Shown here: in pieces, positions 1 through 10,202 of the stretch | Layout of the letters: each line of letters opens with the position of its first letter | How positions within the stretch are numbered: position 1 is the stretch's first letter | Assembly: GCA_021324255.1 (NCBI GenBank) | Contig: JAJPJL010000128.1 | Coordinates: forward strand, 26,422 to 90,421 | Origin: Bacillota bacterium | GTDB taxonomy: Bacteria; Sysuimicrobiota; Sysuimicrobiia; Sysuimicrobiales; Segetimicrobiaceae | Direction of reading: 5' to 3' | Length of the DNA: 64,000 nucleotides | Made by a program: the position numbers and the translations under genes | The notes under the pieces: generated by a model | Told to the model about the DNA's origin: nothing | Seen by the model: only the letters and a program-made list of their open reading frames with translations | The model's database searches: none

Positions 1-768
1 GACGATGCGCCGCGGCTCCGGCCTGGCGAGGCAAACGTGCGTCGCGCCCGCGGCCGTGATGGCCCACACCCCGCCCCAGCCGTTCACATGGAACATCGGC
101 AACGTGTGCAAGTACACGTCGTCGAGCGTGAGCCGCGCATGGATCACGAGGTCGAGCGCGTTGAGGGCCGTGATGCGGTGGGTGAGCATCACGCCCTTCG
201 GACGGGCGGTGGTCCCGCTCGTGTAGTTGATGGTCGCCGGCGCGTCCTCGTCGACCCGATCGACGTCGTCGAGCACCCGGGCCGGATCGCCCTTCGCGGC
301 GCCGCCGATCAAGGACTCCGAGGCCGGCCATGGCACCCCCGCGACGGTGCGGTCGTCGAGGACGACGACGCGGTCCGCGACCGCGTCCGCCACGGGGCGA
401 GCGAGGTCCACCAACGCCGGGTCCACGAGCAGGAGCCTGGCCCCGGCGTGATCCAGGATGTAGCGATAGTCGTCCACGGTCAACCGGGTGTTGAGCGGGA
501 CGAGAATGCCCCCGGCCAGGGGCACGGCGTAATAGCACTCCAACGCCCGATGGGTGTTCCACGAGAGGAGCGCCGCACGGTCCCCGGGCCGGAGCCCGCC
601 TGCGCGCAGTCCCGCCGCCAACCCCGCGCAGCGCGCGGTGAACTGGCCGTAGGTCAGCTCGAGGTCGCCGTCGATGACCGCGACCCGGTGCCGATACACC
701 TCCGACGCCCTCCGAAAAAACTGCAGCGGCGAGAGCGGGACCCGGGGTATTGTCGCCGGCGCCTCCAT
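1..768 (-). CDS. Acyl-CoA synthetase / AMP-binding enzyme, runs off the window start
   Basis: Hand translation from ATG at 768 (absent from the ORF track): MEAPATIPRVPLSPLQFFRRA...ELTYGQF...VPLNTRL...INYTSGTTARPKGVMLTH...TLPMFHVNGWG, with the AMP-binding signature YTSGTT-PKG. Confidence 0.9.
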   Translation of the reverse strand, partial: MEAPATIPRVPLSPLQFFRRASEVYRHRVAVIDGDLELTYGQFTARCAGLAAGLRAGGLRPGDRAALLSWNTHRALECYYAVPLAGGILVPLNTRLTVDDYRYILDHAGARLLLVDPALVDLARPVADAVADRVVVLDDRTVAGVPWPASESLIGGAAKGDPARVLDDVDRVDEDAPATINYTSGTTARPKGVMLTHRITALNALDLVIHARLTLDDVYLHTLPMFHVNGWGGVWAITAAGATHVCLARPEPRRIV

Positions 769-1105
769 GATGGCTTTTGCTTACGGCGCGGCCCCGATAG
801 GACCCTCCGGACCGAGCCAGCGCCGCAAGACGACCCGCGAGAGCCCGGGTACCCGGGGGTTCGCCGCGGTTGCAACTGCCTTGCTGCCATCTGACTCCTT
901 CGTTCGAAGCAGGAATCACCTATCGAACGATCCAATAACCACGGTCGAAGCATCGACGCCTGCCTATCGCGATCGCCCGGGTTCCGACGTATGATGGCAT
1001 GTGCAACCTGGCGCGCGACGCACCGCACGAGCACCACGCGGGCTACGGCCGCTGCCGGGACACGATCGACCGCACCAGATCGACGCCGCAACGGAGGACG
1101 AAACC

Positions 1106-1762
1106 ATGGGTATTCGGGTCGTGCTTGCGAACGCGCAGCCGGTGATGTTGGAGGGCCTCAAAGCGGTGTTCCGGGCCGAACCCGACATCGAGGTGATGGG
1201 TGAGGCGGCCACCGGTGCAGACGCGCTCGCGTGCGCGACGGCGCTCCGGCCGGATGTGTTGGTCATGGACATCAAATTCGAACGAGACGATGATGCGGCC
1301 CCGCTCATTCGAAGCATCAAGGAGCAGCTCCCCGACACGCAGGTGCTCGTGTTCACCGCGCACGCCGACGTCGAACTGCTCCAGAAAGCGGCGCGGGCCG
1401 GCGCCGCCGGATACGTGAACTACGACATCTCCGCCGTCAACCTTGCGCGCGCGGTGCGCGCCGTGCACGGCGGCGCGACGATGATCAATCCCCGTCTGGC
1501 GCGCCGCCTGCTGGCGGACATGGACGGCGGGGCGAACGGCGCCGCGGGATGGGCCGCCCTCCACCGGCTCACCGGACGTGAGCTCGAGGTGTTGGTGGAA
1601 CTGGGCCGCGGCCTGGGGGACAAGGAGATCGCGGAAAAGCTGTACGTGTCGCAAACCACGATCAAGGCGCACCTCCGCGCCGTGTATCGCAAGCTGCGGG
1701 TTCGCAATCGCGTCCAGGCTGTCGCGTTCGTCGCGAACCGCGGCCTGCTCAAGACCTCCTAG
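1106..1762 (+). CDS. NarL/LuxR-family response regulator (REC + LuxR HTH), atypical receiver
   Basis: GGAGG RBS before ATG 1106; MGIRVVLAN...PDVLVMDI receiver and LTGRELEVL...EIAEKLYVSQTTIKAHLRAVYRKL HTH. Confidence 0.9.
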   Translation: MGIRVVLANAQPVMLEGLKAVFRAEPDIEVMGEAATGADALACATALRPDVLVMDIKFERDDDAAPLIRSIKEQLPDTQVLVFTAHADVELLQKAARAGAAGYVNYDISAVNLARAVRAVHGGATMINPRLARRLLADMDGGANGAAGWAALHRLTGRELEVLVELGRGLGDKEIAEKLYVSQTTIKAHLRAVYRKLRVRNRVQAVAFVANRGLLKTS

Positions 1763-1966
1763 CGGACCGCTCCCCTGATGTGACGGCACCTCGCGCGGCT
1801 GCCGGCGCGCCGCGCGGACCATCTTGCGGCGCACCCGGCCTGCCGCTCGGGACACCGCACGCCCCCAGCAAACCGTGCGAGACGGGGAAAGAGGTATACG
1901 AGCGGCCCCGGTGCCCGATGAGGCGCGGAATAGCGGCTGCGAGATCAACGTGGAGGCGACGAGACG

Positions 1967-3592
1967 ATGCTCGCGCCGGTCTTCGGAATCATCCCGCTGC
2001 TGATCTACGAGATCCTCGCCGGCGTCCTGGCGGGGGCTGTGGGGCTCTCGCTCATTTCGAGCTCGGGGTTGAAGCCGGTGGCCAAGAAGGCGATCCCGAG
2101 CGTCGGCATCGTCCTCGCGGATCGTCCCGCCGGACCGTCGTCCGGAACGACCTTCGTGGTGGACAAGACTACCGCCGTCACGGCATACCATATCGTGGCC
2201 GGGGCGTCGCAGCTGCGCGTGAAATTCCAAAAATCCCCATGGTTGCAGCCGACGGTGCTCGCGGTCGACCCAGGCAGCGACCTCGCCGTCCTGGGTATCG
2301 GCGATAGCACGGTGCCGCCGCTGCCGCCGGGCGACGTCTCGTCGGTGCGACCGGGCGACCACGTGCTGACGTTCAGCTTCCCCTCGGCCGCGGCGGCGGC
2401 GAAGCGCTCCCAGAATCCGGACAGGGAAGCGCCGGCGATGGTGGTTCAGGAGGGCACGGTAACGGCCATCCACGACGGTGTGCTCTTGTTCCGACCACAC
2501 AAGCCGCTCGAGACCGACGGCGGACCGGTCCTCAACGACAAGGGTCAGGTGATCGGCGTCGCACGGGCGGGTCTCGCCGGCAGCGCTCCAGGTATCGCCT
2601 CCGCCCTGCCGGCGGACGCGATCAAGCCGGTGCTGGCCGAGGCGCAGCGGCGCGACACGGCGCTCAGCGAGCCGCCGGGGCCATCGTCCCCGCAACCATC
2701 CGGTACACCTCCGCCGACGCAAGCCCCGCCGCAGCCGCAGATACCGCCGCCGGCCCCGCAGCCGCAGGCGCCACCGCCGCGCGAGCCGCAGGTGCCGGTG
2801 CCGGCGCAGCCGCAGGGGCTACCGCAGTCACCGCAGCCGCCCCCGCCGCAGACGCCGCCCGCGCCCTCGCAGAGTCCGCCGCCGCAGCAGCATCTCCTGG
2901 CGCCGTCCGGGCCGCCCCCCTCATTCCAGGTCATCAATCCGGCATCGCCGGCCGCGGAGTCGCAGTCTGGCCCGCAACAGCCGTCGCAGCCGCAACCCGC
3001 CCCGCGGCCCTCACAATCGCAATCCGCGCCGCAGCAACCGGCGCGGTCGCAAGGGCCGCCACCCCCGCAGAAGCCTCCGGCGCAGACGCAGCCGCAGGCA
3101 CCGAAGCCCGCGGCGCCGCCACCCCAGCGGCCCGCGCCGGCCCCGGCAAAACCGGCCACGGCCGGCGGCTTCCAGGTGGTGCCGGGCAATCGCATCGGCG
3201 CGGCGAGGCTCGGCATGCGCGTGGCCGATATTCAAGCCGTGCTCGGTCCGCCGGCCTCAACGACCCGGCAGAACGACGGCACCGTGGAACTCCACTGGTA
3301 TAAGCCGCCGAAGAACGACGGCATCGGCGTGCGGGTGACGAAGGCCGGGACGATCGACCGCATTTGGGCGGTCAACGACCCGCGGTTCGTAACCGACAAG
3401 AATCTGCACGTGGGAAGCACGGAGGCGGACGTGCGTGCGGCGCTGGGACCGCCGTCCAACGTGATCGTGGACGACGCGAACAAAAACAAGATCCTGTACT
3501 ATAAGTCGCTCGGGCTGTGGTTTTTCATCCAGCTCGACAGCCGGTTGCTCTACTACAACCAGGTCTATGAGATCGGGGTGCTCGGACGGTAG
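1967..3592 (+). CDS. Trypsin-like (S1) domain protein with a long Pro/Gln-rich linker and a C-terminal domain; probably catalytically inactive
   Basis: Hydrophobic N-terminus; TAYHIV (His), DLAVL (Asp), ETDGGPVLN in place of GNSGGP; long P/Q-rich tract. Confidence 0.8.
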   Translation: MLAPVFGIIPLLIYEILAGVLAGAVGLSLISSSGLKPVAKKAIPSVGIVLADRPAGPSSGTTFVVDKTTAVTAYHIVAGASQLRVKFQKSPWLQPTVLAVDPGSDLAVLGIGDSTVPPLPPGDVSSVRPGDHVLTFSFPSAAAAAKRSQNPDREAPAMVVQEGTVTAIHDGVLLFRPHKPLETDGGPVLNDKGQVIGVARAGLAGSAPGIASALPADAIKPVLAEAQRRDTALSEPPGPSSPQPSGTPPPTQAPPQPQIPPPAPQPQAPPPREPQVPVPAQPQGLPQSPQPPPPQTPPAPSQSPPPQQHLLAPSGPPPSFQVINPASPAAESQSGPQQPSQPQPAPRPSQSQSAPQQPARSQGPPPPQKPPAQTQPQAPKPAAPPPQRPAPAPAKPATAGGFQVVPGNRIGAARLGMRVADIQAVLGPPASTTRQNDGTVELHWYKPPKNDGIGVRVTKAGTIDRIWAVNDPRFVTDKNLHVGSTEADVRAALGPPSNVIVDDANKNKILYYKSLGLWFFIQLDSRLLYYNQVYEIGVLGR

Positions 3593-3815
3593 CGGCGGCC
3601 CACGACCTCCGGGGTGAGCACCGCGCCGCGCGGCGGCCACAGACCGGGAGCATCGCCACAACGATCGAGCGCGCTCCGCCAAACGATCCGATGACCGAGC
3701 GCCGGGTCGCGAGACAGCCATCCGATCCGCAGTTTCGTTCTCCCGACAGTGTTGGCGTCGCGCACGGGGGGAATATGCTGGATAGCGGTTCACGCGAGGG
3801 CGGAGGCGTTCCGGT

Positions 3816-4037
3816 ATGACGGCACAGAAGTACAGGATCACGGTGGAGTTCGAGGCGGTATCCCGGGCCGACCACTGTGACATCACGACGATGGTGTCGG
3901 ACGTCATCAAAGACGCGGTGCGCATGTACGGTCCAGACCTGCTGGACGCCAAGGTGGTGAGCATCATGCTGGACGGCCATCACCCGCTCACCGACACCCC
4001 CGCATCGTCCGTCCAGGACATCCCCCAGCATCACTGA
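3816..4037 (+). CDS. Small hypothetical protein (73 aa)
   Basis: GGAGG RBS, ATG start, globular-looking composition unlike the shadow ORFs. Confidence 0.6.
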   Translation: MTAQKYRITVEFEAVSRADHCDITTMVSDVIKDAVRMYGPDLLDAKVVSIMLDGHHPLTDTPASSVQDIPQHH

Positions 4038-4231
4038 GTCCGGCCGGCCCGGATTCCGCCGCACACCCGAAGCAGACGCCGGCCCGCACCGGCGTCCGGC
4101 CGGCGTGCCCTCGACCGGCGAGGAAGAACCCGATCGGCATCAAAATGCTAAGCTGGAGGAGCGCCGTGGGCGCGCGCCGCACGCGGGGGGTAAACGTCCG
4201 TCGGGCCACGCGGGACCGACGGTAGAGGTGG

Positions 4232-5344
4232 ATGATGCGCCGGCCACTGGTCGCGGCCTTGATCTGTCTCGTGGCGGGGACGCCTGCCGCGGCCCAACGC
4301 CCGGACCCGGCCGACTTGCTCAAGGCCATGACCGTCCAGATCCGGGTCGACAATGCGTCCCGGCACCGGGAGGCTCTCTGCCAGGGCTTCGTGGCCGGAG
4401 TCGACGGCGACGCGGCGTTTGTCGTGACGGCGAAGCACTGCATCGATGATCTCGCGACCACGCCCATCGCGCAGGCGCAGTCGCTCGACCAGCTGGGCGT
4501 CACGATCGACGTGACGTACGCGGGCGGCACCGGCGGGGACGTGATCCAGCTCGCCGGGGCCGAAAATTCCGATGTTGTGGTCCTGCGCGTCGCGTACACG
4601 GAGCGGCCCGTCGCGTTCGCCGACTGCGGCGACTGCCGGGTGTACCGTAGCTTCGGAAGCAACCAGCAGATTCCCGTTCTCTCGATGCTGTCGGCCGGGG
4701 GCGGGCCGCCCGTCGTGTCGTCGGGCCTCCTCTTGTCTGACCGGGCCGGGCAGTACACGGTGGTGCTTCCGAGCTCCCCGGGAACGAGCGGGTCCGCGGT
4801 GATCGACACGGACGGCAACCTGGTGGGGATGGTCGTGAGCGTGGCCGCGGTGCGCGGCGCGGTCGCGGGATCGGTGTCCGGCGTGGTGCCCGCCGGCGAC
4901 ATCGAAGACCTGCTCGCCTACGCCGTGTCACAGCTCGGCGGCGGGTCCGGGGCGGCTCCGACCCCGCCGCCGGCCGCACCCCCCACGCCGCCCGCGCTCG
5001 CGCCGAGCGCGGCTCGCACCTGGTCCGGAGAGTGGGCGAGCCGGCAGGGCGCCACTCGTGGATCGTTTACGGCGTCGCTCTCGCAGCGCGGCCCCACGGT
5101 GATCGGGAGCGCCACGTTCGGCGGCACCGCGTGCTATCCCAACCTACAGCTCCTCGGCTCGGCCGGCGCCGCGGCCGGCGGCGGGGCAACAACGTACTCC
5201 CTGACCGGATACAGCGACGGCGTCGCCCGCCTGAGCCTTGCGCTGACGGTGGCGGGCAACCATCTGACCGGCACATACACGGCGCTCCAGTCCGGCACGT
5301 CGTGTGACGGCGACAACGGCGTGGTGTCCGGAGCGGCGGAATAG
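4232..5344 (+). CDS. Secreted trypsin-like serine protease with a C-terminal beta-rich domain
   Basis: Signal peptide (AAA-Q); triad motifs TAKHC, DVVVL, GTSGSAV; Pro-rich linker. Confidence 0.8.
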   Translation: MMRRPLVAALICLVAGTPAAAQRPDPADLLKAMTVQIRVDNASRHREALCQGFVAGVDGDAAFVVTAKHCIDDLATTPIAQAQSLDQLGVTIDVTYAGGTGGDVIQLAGAENSDVVVLRVAYTERPVAFADCGDCRVYRSFGSNQQIPVLSMLSAGGGPPVVSSGLLLSDRAGQYTVVLPSSPGTSGSAVIDTDGNLVGMVVSVAAVRGAVAGSVSGVVPAGDIEDLLAYAVSQLGGGSGAAPTPPPAAPPTPPALAPSAARTWSGEWASRQGATRGSFTASLSQRGPTVIGSATFGGTACYPNLQLLGSAGAAAGGGATTYSLTGYSDGVARLSLALTVAGNHLTGTYTALQSGTSCDGDNGVVSGAAE

Positions 5345-5444
5345 CGCGCCGGCCCGGAGACGCTCGATCCGACCGCCGATCGCCGGCCCGCGCACGCGGC
5401 AACAGGGACATGCGCCATGGAGGAGTGCACGGCGATTCCGGAGC

Positions 5445-7049
5445 ATGCCGCTGCCCCAGACCCCCGATGACGCGCAGGAAGCGCCGGCGGTGAGTACTCG
5501 ACGCCGGCGCCGTCTGACGCGCTGGCTCGTAGCATCCGCCCTTGCGGCGATCCTGGCGCTCGCCGCGCCGCCGCCCCGGATGGAGCCGCTCGCCTCGGCG
5601 GCGGGCGCTCCGGCGCCCGCGGGCGCGCTCGCCGCGCCCCACCCGGCCGTCACCACCCACTCGATCACGGTCAGGGACACGGTCGTACGGTACACCGCCA
5701 CCGCGGGCGAGGAGCCGTTGACGGACCGCGCGGGCAAGCCCGAGGCCGCCGTCTTCTTCGTCGCCTACGTGAGGCAGGACGCCGCGGACCCCTCGAGGCG
5801 TCCGATCACGTTTGCCTTCAACGGCGGGCCCGGCGCGGCGTCCGTGCTGCTGCACCTCGGCGCGCTCGGGCCCAAGCGGGTGCCGTTGCTGGACCACGGC
5901 GTGCCGCCCACCCCGTCGACCCGCTGGAGCGACAACCCGTACACGTGGCTCACGTTTACGGACCTGGTCTTCGTCGACGCGGTAGGAACGGGGTACAGCC
6001 GCGCGGCGGCTGGCGTGCCGGACTCCACGTTCTTCCAGCCCGACGGCGACGCCCGGTCGTTCGCGCAATTCATTCAGCGGTACATCGCCGAAACGCACCG
6101 GCAAGCGTCGCCCGTGTTTCTCGCGGGCGAGAGCTACGGCGGGACGCGCGCGATCCTCCTCGCGCGGCTCCTGCACGACGCGGGCATCGACGTCAGCGGG
6201 CTGATCCTGATCTCGCCGGTCGTGGATTTCGCAACGCTGAACTCCCAGTACCGCAACCCGGGCCGGAGCATGGATCTGGCGTACGCCCTCGACGTGCCGA
6301 CGTATGCCGCGACCGCCTGGTACCACAAGAAGCTCGGCCCGGAGTTTCCGGATCTCGCCGCCGCCGTGCACGCGGCCGAGCGCTGGGCGGTGACCGAGTA
6401 TCTGCCCGCTCTGGTTCAGGGCGACGCGCTCCCGGCGCCGGCGCAGGAGCGGATCGCCCAGGCGCTGTCGCAATACACCGGCATCGGCGAGGCGGTGCTC
6501 CGCGCGCAACGCCTCCGCCTGCTCCCGACCGCGTTCAGGCGGGAATTGCTGTCCGATCAGCACCTCCAAATCAGCGCGTTGGACGGACGGATCGCCGTTG
6601 ATCCGCGCGCCGCTCACGCCGCGAGCACGACCGGGCTCATGACGCCGCTCGCGGCGATCTTCGAGCGGTACGCAAGCACGGAACTGGGTTACGCACGCCC
6701 AGATCGATACCAGGCCCTGTCCGAGCGGGTCGAGCGCGATTGGACGTGGGGCGTCCGCGGGCCGGCTGATGTCCTCGACGTCACGGGAGATCTGCGCGAC
6801 GCGATGCAGCAGAACCCGGCGATGAAAGTGCTCGTCGCGCTGGGCTACTTCGACCTCACGGTCCCGTACTACGGCACGGAATACGCGCTCAACCGGCTCG
6901 CGCTCGCGCCGGCGCTGGCGGACAATGTGATCCGCCGGTACTACGAGAGCGGGCACATGCTGTACACATCACAGGCGTCGCTGGAGAAGTTTACGGGCGA
7001 CGCGGCGGCCCTGATCGCGAGCGCGACCGCGCCGGCGCACCATCCGTAG
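5445..7049 (+). CDS. Peptidase S10 family serine carboxypeptidase, exported
   Basis: FAFNGGPG, DLVFVDAVGTGYS, GESYGG, YESGHM motifs; start uncertain (5445-5490). Confidence 0.9.
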   Translation: MPLPQTPDDAQEAPAVSTRRRRRLTRWLVASALAAILALAAPPPRMEPLASAAGAPAPAGALAAPHPAVTTHSITVRDTVVRYTATAGEEPLTDRAGKPEAAVFFVAYVRQDAADPSRRPITFAFNGGPGAASVLLHLGALGPKRVPLLDHGVPPTPSTRWSDNPYTWLTFTDLVFVDAVGTGYSRAAAGVPDSTFFQPDGDARSFAQFIQRYIAETHRQASPVFLAGESYGGTRAILLARLLHDAGIDVSGLILISPVVDFATLNSQYRNPGRSMDLAYALDVPTYAATAWYHKKLGPEFPDLAAAVHAAERWAVTEYLPALVQGDALPAPAQERIAQALSQYTGIGEAVLRAQRLRLLPTAFRRELLSDQHLQISALDGRIAVDPRAAHAASTTGLMTPLAAIFERYASTELGYARPDRYQALSERVERDWTWGVRGPADVLDVTGDLRDAMQQNPAMKVLVALGYFDLTVPYYGTEYALNRLALAPALADNVIRRYYESGHMLYTSQASLEKFTGDAAALIASATAPAHHP

Positions 7050-7130
7050 GGCCCCTGGGCTCGCGCGTCCGACAACCGGAGGCGGTCGCTCGACCCGCCT
7101 CCGCCGCGACGGCCCGGACGCACCGCGGCG

Positions 7131-7643
7131 TTAAAACTTGAAGGTCGGCGGGATGGACGGAAGCCCCGGGGTCGGTCCGCTCGGCCCGTTTTGCTCCGGG
7201 AACCCCGGAATCTGTGGCCCCTGATATGGCTGCATGAAGAAGAACTCGGGATTGCCGCCGTTCGGCGGCATCGGCCCGGGACTCAACTGGTAGAGTCGTC
7301 CCTGATAGAAGAACAGCACCTTGCCGTTGCAATCCTGACCGCCCCCGCCGGACGACGGCTGCTGCGCTCCAGGAATGTTGCCGCCGAGGCCCGGCGATGG
7401 CTGTCCCGGACCGATGCTGTTGCCGTTGTGCGGAACGGGGATGGGCACGAAGTCCTTGGGGAGCGCACCCGCCTGCCCCTGGTCCTGCACCGGCCGGACC
7501 GCGAGGATCACGGGGGGAGCGTCCCGGCCGGCCGTCGCGCCGGCCGTGCGAGCGGCCTGGGTCATGCCGATAACAACCGCGGCCGACGCCAACGCGCCCG
7601 CGGCGAAGCCGAGGCCCAGCAGCTTGAGCGATCGACCATCCAT
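7131..7643 (-). CDS. Exported/membrane-anchored Pro/Gly-rich hypothetical protein
   Basis: AAGGAGGT RBS before ATG 7643; N-terminal hydrophobic segment. Confidence 0.65.
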   Translation of the reverse strand: MDGRSLKLLGLGFAAGALASAAVVIGMTQAARTAGATAGRDAPPVILAVRPVQDQGQAGALPKDFVPIPVPHNGNSIGPGQPSPGLGGNIPGAQQPSSGGGGQDCNGKVLFFYQGRLYQLSPGPMPPNGGNPEFFFMQPYQGPQIPGFPEQNGPSGPTPGLPSIPPTFKF

Positions 7644-7806
7644 CGTACACGACCTCCTTGGCCAACACCGGCGAAGGATCGGCTCCGCTCTCCCACTCAA
7701 CGCGGTATCGCCCGGTTCGACGTAAATACGCCGCCCCGCCGTCTACCATAGTATGTTACCATGCCCGCGGCCCGGTAACCGGAATCATCGCGCGATGCGC
7801 GCGCCG

Positions 7807-8409
7807 TCAATGGACCTGGTACGAGACCAGCTCCTGCCTGAACCCCCGCACGGCCGGCACCCAATAGGACGTGTTGCCCACGACCAGCTTGATCACGTAC
7901 TTGACCTGGGGCGCGTACCACAGCGTGAAGGTTCCGCACCCGCCGTCCGTGACGTTGCAGTGGCGCCCGTCGATGCGCACCGCCTGGAACGTGCCGGCCG
8001 GCACGGTCACCGACTCCAGGGCCGCCGCGTGCGCGGTGCCCTGCCACGTCACCCGGCGGTTGTTGAGCGTTCCGGTGACGACATAGGTCCACGTTCGCCC
8101 CGGCGTCATCGGCCATTGAAAGCGGAACCAATCCGCGTTCCGGAGCGACAGATCCGGGCCGACCTGAATCGTCGTGTCGCGCCCGCGCGCGTGCACCTGC
8201 ACCGTGTAGGAGCTGCCCTGGACGCCGACGACCCGGAATGAGACATCGGGGCCGTCCGAGTTGTGCCATGTCCATTCATCCCCGACCGCCCACTTGGGCG
8301 GATCGACGAGTCCGCTCTGCCGGGCAAAATAGGTCCGCGCATACGCCACCAGCCCGAGCAGAATGAGGACGCCGAGCACGATGAACAGCGAACCGCGTGT
8401 CCGCCGCAC
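7807..8409 (-). CDS. Exported hypothetical beta-rich protein with a VTVPAGTF motif
   Basis: N-terminal TM segment; ESVTVPAGTFQAVRI...WYAPQV pattern seen in DUF3108-like exported proteins; GGAGGTG RBS. Confidence 0.7.
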   Translation of the reverse strand: MRRTRGSLFIVLGVLILLGLVAYARTYFARQSGLVDPPKWAVGDEWTWHNSDGPDVSFRVVGVQGSSYTVQVHARGRDTTIQVGPDLSLRNADWFRFQWPMTPGRTWTYVVTGTLNNRRVTWQGTAHAAALESVTVPAGTFQAVRIDGRHCNVTDGGCGTFTLWYAPQVKYVIKLVVGNTSYWVPAVRGFRQELVSYQVH

Positions 8410-8601
8410 GATTCGAAGTCACCTCCCTGATTTCTGCCGTTGCTACGATCCCCCGTTTCCCGACCGCGCTAACAGCCGCGCGCAGCGACGCCGTGAGGCC
8501 GCGCGCCGCTCAGGGAAAGCACCTAATGGACGGCCGCGGCGCACGCGCCGCCGCGGCCACACCGCGGCCGGCAGCGTCGATCCGACGAACAGGAGGACGT
8601 C

Positions 8602-9093
8602 ATGGAATCCGAACAGATCCAGCGATTGGAGGCCCGGCTGTCAGCGGTCGAACGCCGGTTCAAGCTCGTCCTCATCGGCGGCGCGCTGAGCACAGCGCTG
8701 GCGCTCGTGATCGGGATCGCCGCCGTCCGGGGCGAGTCGCAACCGGCGGCGCTCGTCGCACGGTCGTTGGACCTTGTCGATAACGCCGGGCAGCCGCGTC
8801 TGTCGCTTGCCGTGAGCACAGCCGGGACGCCGCAAATCGACTTCCATGACGCGCAGCGCCGCCTCCGGATGACGCTCGGGGTGGCCGCCGCGGGCACGCC
8901 GTACGTCGAGCTGATGGATCCCGCGGACACCGTGCGGCTGGCCATGAGCGAGACGAACGCGGAAGGCGACCCGATCATCGCGTTTGGCGATGCGCAGAAG
9001 CACGCGCGGCTGACGCTGGAGATGGATTCGGACGGTAGCGCCCACGTCCGAGCCTTCAACGCCGCCGGTGTCAGGATCCTGTCGGCTCCGTGA
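8602..9093 (+). CDS. Membrane-anchored hypothetical protein with ~22-aa internal repeats
   Basis: AGGAGG RBS; short coiled coil and TM helix, then repeats of RLxLxV..G.P.I.F.D type. Confidence 0.7.
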   Translation: MESEQIQRLEARLSAVERRFKLVLIGGALSTALALVIGIAAVRGESQPAALVARSLDLVDNAGQPRLSLAVSTAGTPQIDFHDAQRRLRMTLGVAAAGTPYVELMDPADTVRLAMSETNAEGDPIIAFGDAQKHARLTLEMDSDGSAHVRAFNAAGVRILSAP

Positions 9094-9120
9094 GACCTGC
9101 GGCCAGGGCGGCTCCCGGCG

Positions 9121-9660
9121 CTACTCCGCGAAATCCTCGGTGATCATGTATCCCGCGGCGCCGGCCGTAGCGATGCCGATGCCGACGCGGCGAAACACGG
9201 GATCCAAGATGTTCCGCAGGTGCCCCGGACTGCTCATGAGCGTGCGGTGCGCTTCTTCCACGGTGGGCGCCAGCACGACGTTTTCTCCGACGGCCCGCCA
9301 TCCCCGCACCGCGGCCGACAACCGGGCGACGAACGACTGCCCCGCCGCCGAGTCGTGACCGAGATAGCCGTCCAATGCCATCTCTTGCGAGTGGCGCCGC
9401 GCGACCGTGCGCAGCGCCTTGCTCATGACCAGCGGCGGCAGGTGATGCGCCTCTCGCGCACGATTCACGAGGCCGAGCAGCGTCGTTTCCCCGGCGGGAA
9501 CCACGGCGCTCACCGGCGCCCGGTACCCGATCCGAACCACGACCGATCCGACCGCGCCGATGCTCTGCGAAAATCCAGGTGCCACGGCGGCGGCCACCGC
9601 GACGACACTCGAACATGCCAGCGTTGCGAGAAGGCGTCCGCGCAGCTTCGGGTATCCCAT
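9121..9660 (-). CDS. CAP/SCP domain exported protein
   Basis: LVNRAR...ARRHSQEM...GHDS...GENV...LMSSPGHLRNIL...VGIG. Confidence 0.9.
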   Translation of the reverse strand: MGYPKLRGRLLATLACSSVVAVAAAVAPGFSQSIGAVGSVVVRIGYRAPVSAVVPAGETTLLGLVNRAREAHHLPPLVMSKALRTVARRHSQEMALDGYLGHDSAAGQSFVARLSAAVRGWRAVGENVVLAPTVEEAHRTLMSSPGHLRNILDPVFRRVGIGIATAGAAGYMITEDFAE

Positions 9661-9896
9661 TCCCGGAAGCCTCCGCTCGTCCACGCCATGCTCCGGCGGC
9701 CGCCCGGCCTGCCGGTCTCCGGCGGCGCGCCAGACCTGTCGCCCGCGCAAGCCCGTAGCTCCTGCGCCGCCTCTGCCTGTCGTTGTCGCGTGTAACGGTG
9801 TCGGGCGGGAAGTCTCCGGCGAGGACCCGGTCGCCGAATTACGAGAGACTACGCCGCGGCGGCCGCGGATGCCTGCCGGTTCCGCGGCAAATTGCG

Positions 9897-10202
9897 CTAG
9901 TGGGTCCGGCCTCGCTTGCGCGGCCCGGCGGACGCAGGATCGGACCGGCCGCGATCCGCGGGCGGCGGCGCGATTGAGGATTGGCCCCCGGACGGGTTCG
10001 CGCCGAGCATCTGGTTTGCCGTCCACACCGCGACCCGGCAGACGACGTCGTGCGGCAACTGGCCCGCGATGCGCGCCGCGCGCCCGTAGCACTGGACCGC
10101 CCAATCCGGCATGCCGAGCGCCCGGAGGCGCTCCAGCGATTCCGCGAACGCGGCGCGGCGCTCGCGGCCAAGGCGTGAGGGGTTGCGGCGTTCTCGCAGC
10201 AT
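9897..10202 (-). CDS. Possible small hypothetical protein
   Basis: MLRERRNPSRLG...ESLERLRALGMPDWAVQCY fills an otherwise empty gap; no clear RBS. Confidence 0.3.
   Translation of the reverse strand: MLRERRNPSRLGRERRAAFAESLERLRALGMPDWAVQCYGRAARIAGQLPHDVVCRVAVWTANQMLGANPSGGQSSIAPPPADRGRSDPASAGPRKRGRTH

Noticed and set aside
844..950. Palindrome CCCGGGTACCCGGG and three TCGAA copies in the first divergent intergenic region
   Set aside because: GC-rich and irregularly spaced (19 and 22 nt); not distinguishable from chance
2680..3160. Repetitive CCGCAG-rich tract
   Set aside because: Encodes a Pro/Gln linker; no fixed repeat-spacer structure, so not a CRISPR array or regular VNTR
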